This document shows positions 19,027 to 28,540 of a stretch of 64,000 nucleotides of DNA, one piece after another. Where the stretch lies: contig JAGBIO010000025.1 of NCBI GenBank assembly GCA_017934955.1, positions 4,425 to 68,424 on the forward strand, read 5' to 3'. A program made the translations under genes and the position numbers. Source of the DNA: Clostridia bacterium. Lineage in GTDB: Bacteria; Bacillota; Clostridia; TANB77; RGIG9151. The stretch's first letter is position 1; every line of letters starts with the position of its first letter. The notes under the pieces are model-generated. The model was not told the origin of the DNA and did not search any database. It saw only the letters and a program-made list of their open reading frames with translations.

Positions 19027-19980
19027 ATGAATCAGTTTACAGAAATCATAGAAATGATAAAATCATCTGAAAAAATAGCAGTATTGGTACATGAAAACCC
19101 CGACGGTGATGCAGCAGGAAGCCTGATTGCTATGACGGAAGGACTTCATCTTCTTGGAAAAGAAGTAAAAGGGTATTTAGAAAATATTCCAAGTAACTGT
19201 GGCTTTTTGTTTCCGGATGAGAGAATTTCGTTGTTGGAAGAGTATAATGGTGAGGCTTTTGACTTGTGTATTGTATTAGATTGCGGGGATATTCAGAGAA
19301 CAGGATTGGGTAGCAAGGTTTATGAGAATTCGAAAAAGAGTGTTTGCATGGATCATCATATGACGAATACCGGTTTTGCGAATTTAAATTATATTGATGC
19401 AAAGGCTTCGGCGACAGGGGAAATTGTGTTTGAATTTTTTGAAGAATTTGGACTTGTGATAAATGAAAGAATGGCGACGGCGATGTATTCTGCGATTATT
19501 TCAGATACGGGTCGTTTTAAAAACAGCAATACAACGCAGAAAACATTTGAGATTGCGAGTAAGTTGATGGCGTTTCCGATGGATATTACAAAAATTGCTT
19601 ATCATATGTTTTTGGAGACAAGTCTTGAAAGAACGCTATTTTTAGGAAATTTGTTGAGCCATTTAAAACTATATTTGGATGGTAAAGTGGGTGTTTTAGT
19701 AGCGAGTGAAGAGGAGATTAAAAAGTATGGAATTTCGCATAGTGAGTTAGATGGTATGGTGGAGTATGCGAGAAATATTAAGGGCGTAGAAGTTGGAATT
19801 TTTGTGAAAGAGATGAATGGTGGTTTTAAGGTTAGCTTACGTTCGAATGGAAAGGTTGATGTGGCAGAAGTTGCACAGAAGTTTAATGGTGGCGGTCATA
19901 AGTTTGCGGCTGGCTGTAAGTTTGCGGATGTGTCGGCAGATGAGGTTGTACGGCTGTTGGTGAGCGAGTTTGAGGATTAA
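19027..19980 (+). CDS. nrnA: DHH-family bifunctional oligoribonuclease / pAp phosphatase NrnA
   Basis: DHH motifs (HENPDGDAAGS; CMDHHMTN) and a DHHA1-type C-terminus (GGGHKFAAG). Confidence 0.8.
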   Translation: MNQFTEIIEMIKSSEKIAVLVHENPDGDAAGSLIAMTEGLHLLGKEVKGYLENIPSNCGFLFPDERISLLEEYNGEAFDLCIVLDCGDIQRTGLGSKVYENSKKSVCMDHHMTNTGFANLNYIDAKASATGEIVFEFFEEFGLVINERMATAMYSAIISDTGRFKNSNTTQKTFEIASKLMAFPMDITKIAYHMFLETSLERTLFLGNLLSHLKLYLDGKVGVLVASEEEIKKYGISHSELDGMVEYARNIKGVEVGIFVKEMNGGFKVSLRSNGKVDVAEVAQKFNGGGHKFAAGCKFADVSADEVVRLLVSEFED

Positions 19981-20119
19981 AATCTAAATAAAAAGCGTGA
20001 AACTATTTGAAATGTTTAGAAGAGAGAAATAGTTTTATGTAGAGGTGTCTGCGAAAGCGGGCACTTTTAATTTGAGGAAAATGTGAATTTTTTTTGTAAA
20101 GTAGTGTGTTTGATAAATG

Positions 20120-20459
20120 GACAGCATTGCGGACGTAACACCGTGAGTGTAACGAACGGTTTGTACGTCCTATACAAAGAAACTCCAAGAACGTAGTGAT
20201 TGGGAAGTTTCGACTGTTAATGCTGTCCGTACAGATATTACAAGTCAGACTTAAAATTATAAAAATGTTACGAACATTGTGAGGACAGCATTTATGCTGT
20301 CCCCACAATGACTGCATAATCTTTGTAGGGACACAATTCATTGTGTCCGCGGAATAAGCAGAAGGTAGAATTAGGACACAATAAATTGTGTCCGTACAAA
20401 TCGCATTCTGACGATATTTTTCGAAAGATACAAGATTAAAGTCTGACCTGTCCGTACAG
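20120..20459. repeat. Composite MITE locus. It comprises a GGACAGCAT..ATGCTGTCC hairpin carrying a 92-nt structured insert in its loop (20129-20220), followed by a complete ~213-bp MITE (20238-20450) with terminal repeats CAAGTCAGACTTAAAA / TTAAAGTCTGACCTG.
   Basis: Direct inspection. The insert is homologous, in opposite orientation, to 42229-42320. Confidence 0.8.
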
Positions 20460-20483
20460 ATCGTTTGGGGATGAGGTTATATA

Positions 20484-20512
20484 TTGCAAAATATAGCAAA
20501 TGGTGGTAAAAT
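20484..20512 (+). promoter_or_regulatory. sigma-A-type promoter for alaS (TTGCAA-17-TAAAAT)
   Basis: Consensus-like hexamers with 17-nt spacing, about 35 nt upstream of the alaS RBS. No T-box leader is present. Confidence 0.5.
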
Positions 20513-20547
20513 AGTACCGTATATTTTTGTTTGAGAGGATGAAGTTT

Positions 20548-22326
20548 ATGTATACAGCAAAAGAAATTAGAAGTAAGTTTTTGACGTTTTTTAATCAGAA
20601 AGGACATGCTATTATTGAGAGTGCTTCGGTAATTCCGGAGAATGATCCGACGGTTTTGTTTACGACGGCGGGAATGCATCCTTTAGTTCCGTATTTATTG
20701 GGAGAGCCACATCCGGCGGGGAAACGTTTGACGGACGTGCAGAAGTGTATTCGTACGGGAGATATTGATGAGGTTGGCGACGATACGCATTGTACGTTTT
20801 TTGAGATGCTTGGAAACTGGTCTTTGGGAGATTTCTTTAAGAAAGAGGCGATTTCTTGGAGTTTTGAATTTTTAACTTCGAAAGAATGGCTCGGATTGCC
20901 GAAAGATAAATTATATTTTACGGTTTTTGCGGGGGACGAAGATGCACCTCGTGATGAAGAAGCGTATAACTATTGGAGAGAAGCCGGTGTAGCAGAGGAT
21001 CATATTTTCTTCTTGCCGAAGGAACATAACTGGTGGGGACCTGCCGGTATGACAGGACCTTGCGGACCGGATACCGAGATGTTTATCGATACGGGAAAGG
21101 AAAAATGTTGTCCGGAGTGTAATCCTTCTTGCAGTTGCGGAAAGTATGTTGAGATTTGGAATGACGTGTTTATGCAATACAATAAGACGGCGGATGGTAC
21201 TTTTGAGCCGTTAAAGCAGAAGAATGTCGATACCGGAATGGGTGTTGAGAGAACTTTAGTAGCGTTAAACGGTGGTTCTGTGTTTGATACAGACGTATAT
21301 GCACCGATTATGGCGAAAATTAAAGAATTGTCCGGTATGGATATTTTAAACGATAAAGAAAACAAAAAGGCGTCGAGAATTGTGGCGGACCACATTCGTA
21401 CGGCTACCTTTATTATCGGGGACAGAAGAGGGGTTACGTCTTCTAACGTTGACCAAGGGTATGTGTTAAGAAGATTGATTCGTCGTGCGATTCGTTATGC
21501 GATGAAGCTGTCGATGCCGGAAAGTTCGATTGTGAAGATTGCGGAGACTGTTATCGACGAGTATGCGGAAGTTTATAAGGAACTCGTGGAAAACAGAGAG
21601 AAGATCTTAAATGAACTTGCGTTAGAGGAAAAGAGATTTACAAGAACTTTGGCACAGGGTGAGAAAGAGTTTGAAAAGCTGATTGCGAAAGGAATTACGA
21701 ATATTGATGGAGAAAGTGCTTTCCATTTATACGATACTTACGGATTCCCGTTGGAATTAACGGTGGAAATGGCGAAGGAGAAGAATGTGACGGTTGATAC
21801 GGAGGGCTTTAAGACTTTCTTTGAAAAGCATCAAGCGTTATCGAAGGCAGGGTCTGAACAGAGATTTAAGGGCGGTCTTGCGGATCATTCGGAGGAGACA
21901 GCGAGATTACATACAGCGACTCATTTACTTCATGCGGCGCTTCGTAAGGTGTTGGGTCCTCAAGTAGCACAAAAGGGAAGCAACATTACGGCAGAAAGAC
22001 TTCGTTTTGACTTCTCGTTTGAGAGAAAAATGACGCCGGAAGAAATTGCGGAAGTAGAGAAATTAGTGAACGAAGCAATTCAAGGGCACTATGAAGTGGT
22101 TTGCGAAGAAATGACGGTTGACGAAGCAAAGGCTGCCGGTGCGATTGGTTTGTTTGAATCGAAGTACGGCGAGCGTGTAAAGGTGTACACAATGGGACCG
22201 GTTTCGAAGGAAATTTGTGGCGGACCGCATGCGAAGAATACCGGAGATTTGGTGAACTTTAAGATTAAGAAAGAGGAGAGTTCTTCTGCAGGTGTAAGAA
22301 GAATTAAGGCGACAATCAACAACTAA
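20548..22326 (+). CDS. alaS: alanine--tRNA ligase, short form (aminoacylation plus editing domains; no helical linker or C-Ala domain)
   Basis: N-terminus MYTAKEIRSKFLTFF matches class-II AlaRS. FTTAGM and GNWSFGDYFK-like core motifs are present. Editing-site HTATHLLHAAL and CGGPH zinc ligands are present. The protein ends 28 aa after CGGPH at 599 aa, against about 870 aa for canonical enzymes. RBS GAGAGGA lies 8 nt before the ATG at 20548. Confidence 0.8.
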   Translation: MYTAKEIRSKFLTFFNQKGHAIIESASVIPENDPTVLFTTAGMHPLVPYLLGEPHPAGKRLTDVQKCIRTGDIDEVGDDTHCTFFEMLGNWSLGDFFKKEAISWSFEFLTSKEWLGLPKDKLYFTVFAGDEDAPRDEEAYNYWREAGVAEDHIFFLPKEHNWWGPAGMTGPCGPDTEMFIDTGKEKCCPECNPSCSCGKYVEIWNDVFMQYNKTADGTFEPLKQKNVDTGMGVERTLVALNGGSVFDTDVYAPIMAKIKELSGMDILNDKENKKASRIVADHIRTATFIIGDRRGVTSSNVDQGYVLRRLIRRAIRYAMKLSMPESSIVKIAETVIDEYAEVYKELVENREKILNELALEEKRFTRTLAQGEKEFEKLIAKGITNIDGESAFHLYDTYGFPLELTVEMAKEKNVTVDTEGFKTFFEKHQALSKAGSEQRFKGGLADHSEETARLHTATHLLHAALRKVLGPQVAQKGSNITAERLRFDFSFERKMTPEEIAEVEKLVNEAIQGHYEVVCEEMTVDEAKAAGAIGLFESKYGERVKVYTMGPVSKEICGGPHAKNTGDLVNFKIKKEESSSAGVRRIKATINN

Positions 22327-22341
22327 GAGGGAGGTAATCCG

Positions 22342-22671
22342 GTGAGCGATAAAATCTATTCTATTGAAGAAATAAAAGAAATTGTTGTACCAATCTGCAA
22401 GAAATTTTTTGTAAAACAGCTTTTTTTATTCGGTTCTTATGCAAGAAAAGCGGCTAATAATCAGAGTGATATTGATTTATTGGTTGATACGGAACAAAGA
22501 TTAGATTTAGAAACTTATAGAGAACTTGAAGATGAATTAGCCGACAGCTTAGAGAAAGATGTGGATATTGTTTTTATAAAGTATATCAATCCGTATATGT
22601 ATGAAAGTATAGTAAGTGAGGCGGTGAGCCTTTATGAATATATATTAAGTAAAGGACAAAAAGGTCTATGA
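22342..22671 (+). CDS. minimal nucleotidyltransferase (MNT, Pol-beta superfamily) domain protein
   Basis: LFGSYARKAANNQSDIDLLV is the GS...D.D nucleotidyltransferase motif. GTG start with RBS AGAGGGAGG. No adjacent HEPN partner is present. Confidence 0.7.
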   Translation: MSDKIYSIEEIKEIVVPICKKFFVKQLFLFGSYARKAANNQSDIDLLVDTEQRLDLETYRELEDELADSLEKDVDIVFIKYINPYMYESIVSEAVSLYEYILSKGQKGL

Positions 22672-23966
22672 ATAAGATATTGATAAAAAATGCGAAGGCA
22701 TTGCTTTGGAAAGACGGTAAATTTGAGATTTCGGAACAAGATATTTTCATTAGCGGAAATAAAATTGAGAAGATTGGAAAGATTTCTGAGACAGAGAGTG
22801 TTGAAGTAATTGATGGGAATCATCGTTTGGTGATTCCCGGATTGATTAATACGCATTCTCATGCGGCGATGTCTTTGTTTCGAAATTATAAGGATGATGT
22901 GAATCTTCAGGATTGGTTATTTCATCATATTTTCCCGATTGAGGATAAGTTAAAGGCGGGGGACACCTATTGGTTTAATATGCTTTCGATTGCGGAGATG
23001 ATTCGTTCGGGAATTACGGCTTTTGCAGATATGTATTTCTTTATGGATGATTTGGCAAAGGCGGTAAAAGAAAGCGGAATTCGTGCGAATATTTCTCGTT
23101 CGGTGTCGGGTACCGATGATTTTTCGAGGGAAACGGATTACCGTATGCAGGAGATGATGAAACTCTTTCGGGATTACCACAATACGGCTGACGGCAGATT
23201 AAAGGTTTCGATTGCACCGCATTCGATTTATACTTGCGAAAAAGAGTATTTACGAGAATGCGGAAATATTACGCGAGAACTTGGGTGCGGTATGCAGATT
23301 CATATGTGTGAGACGCTTACGGAGGTAGAGAATTGTCAAAAGACGCATGGTATGACGCCGTTTGAGTACTGTGAAAGTATTGGCTTGTTTGATGGAATTT
23401 CGCCGATTATTGCAGCACATTGTGTACATTTATCGGATGCAGATATTGAGATTATTAAGAAACATAATATTAATGTTTCGCATAATCCGACGAGTAATTT
23501 GAAGTTAGCAAGCGGTGTGATGGATGTTGAGCGATTGATGAATTCCGGTGTTACTATTTGTTTAGGAACAGATGGTCCGGGAAGCAACAATAAGTTAGAT
23601 ATTTTATCCGAAATGCGATTGGCAGGGCTGATTCATAAAGGGGTTCAATTAAATCCGACGTTACTTTCGGCGGGACAAGTGATTGCAATGGCGACGGTGA
23701 ATGGGGCTAAGGCTTTACAGGAAGATATCGGAGTGATAGAAGAAGGCAAAATAGCGGATTTGTGTTTGTTGGATATTGATCAGCCACGGTATTATCCGTT
23801 TACCGAAGAACGATTACTTTCTGCGTTGGTGTATTCCGCTAATTCTGCGGATATTACCGATGTGATAGTGGATGGAAAGGTACTGATGAGAAAGAAAGAA
23901 CTTGTTACAATTGACGAAGAAAAGGTAAAATTCGAAGTTGGGAGGAAAGTAGAATGTCTGATTTAG
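22668..23966 (+). CDS. mtaD: amidohydrolase, MtaD/SAH-deaminase (chlorohydrolase) family
   Basis: PGLINTHSHAAMS metal-binding HxH. Typical length and internal motifs (HMCE, GTDG) are present. Confidence 0.75.
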   Translation: MNKILIKNAKALLWKDGKFEISEQDIFISGNKIEKIGKISETESVEVIDGNHRLVIPGLINTHSHAAMSLFRNYKDDVNLQDWLFHHIFPIEDKLKAGDTYWFNMLSIAEMIRSGITAFADMYFFMDDLAKAVKESGIRANISRSVSGTDDFSRETDYRMQEMMKLFRDYHNTADGRLKVSIAPHSIYTCEKEYLRECGNITRELGCGMQIHMCETLTEVENCQKTHGMTPFEYCESIGLFDGISPIIAAHCVHLSDADIEIIKKHNINVSHNPTSNLKLASGVMDVERLMNSGVTICLGTDGPGSNNKLDILSEMRLAGLIHKGVQLNPTLLSAGQVIAMATVNGAKALQEDIGVIEEGKIADLCLLDIDQPRYYPFTEERLLSALVYSANSADITDVIVDGKVLMRKKELVTIDEEKVKFEVGRKVECLI

Positions 23967-24199
23967 ATTTTGAGGCGTTTTCGAAGAAATATCGATTTGC
24001 AATTGATGGTTTGGAGATGCGATTAAAGCCGTCCGGAAAGAATTCGGCTGCTTTGGCGAAGAAACTGTATGAAGATGCGGTAGCGAAAAAAATCAATATG
24101 GATGAAGTGACGAATAACATGCAACTGTTTTACCAAGGAAATGTGTTTGGACAAGTGAAGTTGAATCAATATTTAGAAAAGTATAGAAATTTGGAATGA
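23954..24199 (+). CDS. small hypothetical protein (81 aa)
   Basis: RBS GGGAGGAAAG. Overlaps the mtaD stop by 13 nt, indicating translational coupling. Confidence 0.45.
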   Translation: MSDLDFEAFSKKYRFAIDGLEMRLKPSGKNSAALAKKLYEDAVAKKINMDEVTNNMQLFYQGNVFGQVKLNQYLEKYRNLE

Positions 24200-24202
24200 G
24201 TT

Positions 24203-24508
24203 AGGACACAATAAATTGTGTCCGTACAGGATAGAGCAGAAATATTGAGTGGACAGCATGAATGCTGTCCGTACGGAGACGAGCGAAAATATTGAGTGGA
24301 CAGCATGAATGCTGTCCGTACAGAGACAAGCGGAAATATTGAGTGGACAGCATGAATGCTGTCCGTACAGAGACAAGCGAAAATATTGAGTGGACAGCAT
24401 GAATGCTGTCCGTACGGAGACGAGCGAAAATATTGAGTGGACAGCATGAATGCTGTCCGTACGGAGACAAGCGAAAATATTGTAGGGATACAATTTATTG
24501 TGTCCACA
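24203..24508. repeat. Tandem array: five 47-bp units (GGACAGCATGAATGCTGTCCGTAC + GRAGACRAGCGAAAATATTGAGT) flanked by GGACACAAT hairpins
   Basis: Direct repeats seen in sequence. The 'spacers' are near-identical copies of one another, so this is not a CRISPR array. Confidence 0.9.
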
Positions 24509-24527
24509 GAATTAGGGAGTGAAGGTT

Positions 24528-26942
24528 ATGGAGAGTTATCAACCGAAGAATTTTGAAAAGAAGTGGCAGGATTTTTGGGAGGAAAAAGGAGTTTTTCATG
24601 CGAAGAATGATTATTCAATGCCTAAGTTTTATGGTTTAATTGAGTTTCCTTATCCTTCTGCACAAGGATTACACGTAGGACATCCGCGTTCTTATACGGG
24701 GATGGATATTATTGCGAGAAAGAAGCGTTTAGAGGGGTATAATGTTCTTTATCCGATTGGATGGGATGCGTTTGGTTTACCGACTGAAAATCATGCGATT
24801 AAGACGGGAATTCATCCGGCGATTGTTACGAAGAAAAATATTGAGAATTTTACGAAGCAATGTAAATCTCTCGGATTTTCTTTTGACTGGTCAAGAGAGG
24901 TAAATACGACCGATCCGAATTATTATAAATGGACACAATGGATTTTCTTAAAGTTGTTTGAAAAAGGATTGGCGTATAAGACAGAGATGCCGGTAAACTG
25001 GTGTACAAGCTGTCAGGTTGGTCTTGCTAACGAAGAGGTAGTAAACGGCGTTTGTGAGAGATGCGGCGGAGAAGTGGTGCGTCGGGTTAAGAGTCAATGG
25101 ATGCTGAAAATTACGGAATATGCGGATAAGTTGATTGATGGTTTAAATGAAGTGGATTTCTTAGATAAAATTAAGGCACAGCAGATTAATTGGATTGGGC
25201 GTTCAGAGGGTGCTGAGATTGATTTTAAACTTTCGGGTTTGGATTATTCTTTAAGAGTGTTTACCACTCGTGCCGATACGTTGTTTGGTGCGACGTATAT
25301 GGTTATTTCGCCGGAACATCCGATGATTGAGAAGTTTGCAGATAAAATTGAGAATGTTGAGGAATTAAGGGAGTATCGCGAGCTTGCGGCGAGAAAGTCG
25401 GAGTTTGAGAGAACGGAAGTAGCGAAGGATAAAACCGGAGTGGAGATTAAAGGAATTCGTGCAATTAATCCGGCGACGGGAAAGGAAATTCCGGTTTGGG
25501 TCTCGGATTATGTGTTGATGACTTACGGAACGGGCGCAATTATGGCAGTTCCGGCACATGATACGCGTGACTGGGATTTTGCGAAGAAGTTTGATTTGCC
25601 GATTATTGAAGTTGTTGGCGGTGGAAAAGATGTTCAGGCGGAGGCTTATACCGACGTGGAAGACGGAATTATGGTGAATTCCGGTTTCTTGACGGGAATG
25701 AAGGTAAAAGACGCGATTGAAGCGATGAAGAAATGGTTAGAAGAGAATAAAATCGGAAAGAGAAAGGTAAATTATAAATTAAGAGACTGGGTATTCTCAA
25801 GACAAAGATATTGGGGCGAGCCGATTCCTTTGGTTCATTGTGAAAAATGTGGTTGGGTTGCAATTCCGGAAAGCGAATTACCGCTTACTTTACCGGATAT
25901 TAAGGACTTTAAGCCGACAGAAAACGGTGAATCGCCGTTAGCGAAGGCTACGGAGTGGATTCATACTACGTGTCCGAAATGCGGTGGTCCGGCAGAGCGT
26001 GAAACAGATACGATGCCGCAATGGGCAGGTTCTTCTTGGTATTTCTTACGGTATATCGATCCGCATAACGATAAGGAATTTGCGGCGCAAGATGCGTTAA
26101 AATATTGGTTGCCGGTAGATTGGTATAACGGTGGAATGGAACATACGACGCTTCATTTACTGTATTCGAGATTCTGGCATCGTTTCTTGTATGATTTGGG
26201 CTTAGTTCCGACAAAAGAACCGTATCAAAAGAGAACATCGCAAGGTATGATTTTGGGTGAGAACAATGAAAAGATGTCAAAATCGAGAGGAAACGTTGTG
26301 AATCCGGATGATATTATCAATCAGTACGGTACCGATACGATGCGTGTATATGAGATGTTTATGGGAGACTTTTCGCAGGCGGCTCCTTGGTCGGAAAAAG
26401 GCGTAAACGGAAGCAGAAAATTCTTGGAGAGAGTTTGGAATTTACAGGAATTGTTGAAGGATTCCGAAGAAGTTTCGCCGGATATGGAGAAAGAGGTACA
26501 TACGGCAATCGGTAAGGTGACAAATGATATTGATAAAATGAAGTTTAATACAGCGATTGCAGCGTTAATGTCCTTTACCAATGCCATTTATGCAAAGGGG
26601 AGTTTAACACGCGGCGAGTTGAAAGTATTATTGCTGTTGTTAAATCCGTTTGCACCGCATATTACCGAAGAAATTTGGGAAAGAAACAAATTGGGCGGTT
26701 ATTTGCATGAACAGAAATGGCCGGTATTTGATGCCTCGAAGTTGGAGGAAGCGGAAATTGAAGTTCCGATTCAGGTAAACGGTAAATTAAGAGGCGTTGT
26801 GAAGGTGGATAAGGAAGCCGGACAAGAAGAAATCATGGAGATTACGAAGAAAACAAAGGGCATTACGGAACATTTGGAAGGTAAGAATATTGTGAAAGTG
26901 ATTTTTGTAAAGGGTAAAATCTTTAATGTGGTTGTAAAATAA
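24528..26942 (+). CDS. leuS: leucine--tRNA ligase
   Basis: HVGH (HIGH) and KMSKS motifs are present. The CP1 editing domain is present. Length 805 aa. RBS AGGGAG lies 8 nt before the ATG at 24528. Confidence 0.95.
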   Translation: MESYQPKNFEKKWQDFWEEKGVFHAKNDYSMPKFYGLIEFPYPSAQGLHVGHPRSYTGMDIIARKKRLEGYNVLYPIGWDAFGLPTENHAIKTGIHPAIVTKKNIENFTKQCKSLGFSFDWSREVNTTDPNYYKWTQWIFLKLFEKGLAYKTEMPVNWCTSCQVGLANEEVVNGVCERCGGEVVRRVKSQWMLKITEYADKLIDGLNEVDFLDKIKAQQINWIGRSEGAEIDFKLSGLDYSLRVFTTRADTLFGATYMVISPEHPMIEKFADKIENVEELREYRELAARKSEFERTEVAKDKTGVEIKGIRAINPATGKEIPVWVSDYVLMTYGTGAIMAVPAHDTRDWDFAKKFDLPIIEVVGGGKDVQAEAYTDVEDGIMVNSGFLTGMKVKDAIEAMKKWLEENKIGKRKVNYKLRDWVFSRQRYWGEPIPLVHCEKCGWVAIPESELPLTLPDIKDFKPTENGESPLAKATEWIHTTCPKCGGPAERETDTMPQWAGSSWYFLRYIDPHNDKEFAAQDALKYWLPVDWYNGGMEHTTLHLLYSRFWHRFLYDLGLVPTKEPYQKRTSQGMILGENNEKMSKSRGNVVNPDDIINQYGTDTMRVYEMFMGDFSQAAPWSEKGVNGSRKFLERVWNLQELLKDSEEVSPDMEKEVHTAIGKVTNDIDKMKFNTAIAALMSFTNAIYAKGSLTRGELKVLLLLLNPFAPHITEEIWERNKLGGYLHEQKWPVFDASKLEEAEIEVPIQVNGKLRGVVKVDKEAGQEEIMEITKKTKGITEHLEGKNIVKVIFVKGKIFNVVVK

Positions 26943-26950
26943 GTAATAAA

Positions 26951-26990
26951 AGGGCGAATTTTGTGAAAGATTCGTCCTTTTTTATGAATG
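26951..26990 (+). terminator. Rho-independent terminator after leuS
   Basis: GGGCGAATTTTGTGAAAGATTCGTCC hairpin followed by TTTTTTAT. Confidence 0.6.
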
Positions 26991-27027
26991 TTTCGTCTTA
27001 TTTTTCTATAATAATGGTACAAACACC

Positions 27028-27150
27028 GTAGGGACACAATTTATTGTGTCCGCAGAAAAGGTAGATCGTAGAATTAGGACACAATAAATTGTGTCCCTAC
27101 AAACTGCATTCAGACGATATTTTTCGAAAGAGACGAGATTTTAGTCTGAA
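27028..27150. repeat. MITE-family element (GGACACAATTTATTGTGTCC, GGACACAATAAATTGTGTCC, and a TTCAGACGATATTTTTCGAAAGAGACGAGATTTTAGTCTGAA sub-palindrome)
   Basis: Direct inspection. Confidence 0.8.
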
Positions 27151-27272
27151 TTGTAACTTAACAGATGCTTGTCCTGTCTTAACTGTGTTGACATAAGGTG
27201 GAGGATGAGATATAATAAAATAGACAAAAGCATATTAAAAATCTGAAGTTTTTTTGGAGGAGGATCTACAAG

Positions 27273-28406
27273 GTGAACATTCAGCACGGTTATATTTCTG
27301 CTACTATGCCGGACGGAACTCGGGAAACTTATCGGGTAGCCGGTAATGTGCAGCGAGGCTTTATTCGCGTAGAGAAGGATGGCCGCTATGGCTTCCTGAA
27401 TTCGAAGGATGAAGTAATCGGTGAAGTCAAGTATGATGAGCTCGAATATTTCGAGTCACATTTTGCAATGGCTCGATTGGGCTCCAAATGGGCTTTCATT
27501 GATGAAACCGGAAAAGAGATTTGCCCCTTCATTTATGATGAATCGGAACCTTTCTTTGAAGGGTTTGCACCGGTAAAGCGTAATGGTAAGTGGTGCTTTC
27601 TGAAGGCAGACGGGACAGAGTTGTTTGAGCCACGGTATGACAAACTTGAGTTCTTTCAAAATGGCTTTGCACCGGTGTTGCTTGGAAAGTATTGGGGCTT
27701 TGTTAATACGCTTGGTGAGGAGATCGTTAAAGCGGAATATGATGAGGTGTACCGTTTTATCGATGAGTATGCCCAAGTAAAACTTTCCGGGAAATGGTGC
27801 TATGTGAGTAATAAAGGCAAACGAGTCGGCAAGCCGATTTATGATTCCTTGGGAATCTTTTCGGAAGGCTTTGGAGAAGTATCGTATGGCGGTAAGAAGG
27901 CCTACATCAATGAAGAAGGAGAGGAAATCTGCAGTTTTATTTATGAAGCTGTAGAGCCTTTTCGCAATGGTTATGGCTGCGTGAAGCGAAATGGCGTATG
28001 GGGCTTTATTAATCGCTCCGGAAAGGAAATCATTGAATGTCAATTTGAGTACGCATGGTCGATGCTGAATGGTTTCGCGATTTTTGTGGAAGGAGAGAAA
28101 TACGGCTTCGTTTCGGAAACCGTTAAAATTATAAAGGCTCAATATGACTCTCTCAAGAGCTATAAGGCAAATGGAGGCTATGCTTGCGGATTGCGTAACC
28201 AAAAATGGAGGTTTATCGACAGAGAAGGAAATGAGTTAGAGGAAGAGTATGATGAAGTACGTGAGCTGACTTCTGATTTCGTGTTGGTACGAATGGGAAC
28301 AAAGTACGGATTAGTTAATCCTATGGGAGGACAAATCTGTGCGCCGGAGTACGACACTGAGAAGGAAGTAGAAGCATTTGTTGTCAGGCTGGTAAAAGCG
28401 AAATAA
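27273..28406 (+). CDS. WG-repeat (KWG-like) protein, about 9 repeats
   Basis: Recurring ~38-aa units of the GKWGFI(D/N)..G(K/E)E(I/V)..P.YD.V..F.(E/N)G.A.V type. GTG start with RBS GGAGGAGG. Own promoter TTGACA-17-TATAAT. Confidence 0.75.
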   Translation: MNIQHGYISATMPDGTRETYRVAGNVQRGFIRVEKDGRYGFLNSKDEVIGEVKYDELEYFESHFAMARLGSKWAFIDETGKEICPFIYDESEPFFEGFAPVKRNGKWCFLKADGTELFEPRYDKLEFFQNGFAPVLLGKYWGFVNTLGEEIVKAEYDEVYRFIDEYAQVKLSGKWCYVSNKGKRVGKPIYDSLGIFSEGFGEVSYGGKKAYINEEGEEICSFIYEAVEPFRNGYGCVKRNGVWGFINRSGKEIIECQFEYAWSMLNGFAIFVEGEKYGFVSETVKIIKAQYDSLKSYKANGGYACGLRNQKWRFIDREGNELEEEYDEVRELTSDFVLVRMGTKYGLVNPMGGQICAPEYDTEKEVEAFVVRLVKAK

Positions 28407-28540
28407 CAGAAAGCGGTGGGGTGAATTGCCTCGCCGCTTTTCTCTGAATTTCGACATTTGTTGACAAAAAATGCAGGTCGGACTATAATAAAGAGGTTGT
28501 GAAATTTATATATGTCCTTGACTTTTTAGGGGGAAGAAAA

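Noticed and set aside
20341-20547. T-box leader upstream of alaS (and likewise upstream of leuS at 24200-24527)
   Set aside because: No T-box consensus (AATTAGGGTGGTACCGCG-like) or specifier/antiterminator architecture was found. The alaS leader is a short sigma-A promoter plus RBS, and the leuS upstream region is filled by the 47-bp satellite.
24203-24508. Possible CRISPR array (regular 24-bp palindromic repeats separated by 23-bp spacers, x5)
   Set aside because: All 'spacers' are the same sequence with one or two substitutions, and the repeat is the ubiquitous GGACAGCATGAATGCTGTCC MITE hairpin. There are no cas genes. This is a satellite expansion.
27456-28202. 248-aa antisense ORF opposite the first WG-repeat gene
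   Set aside because: The sense strand has promoter, RBS and a clear repeat-protein signature. The antisense frame has no start context. The periodic repeat composition keeps the frame open.
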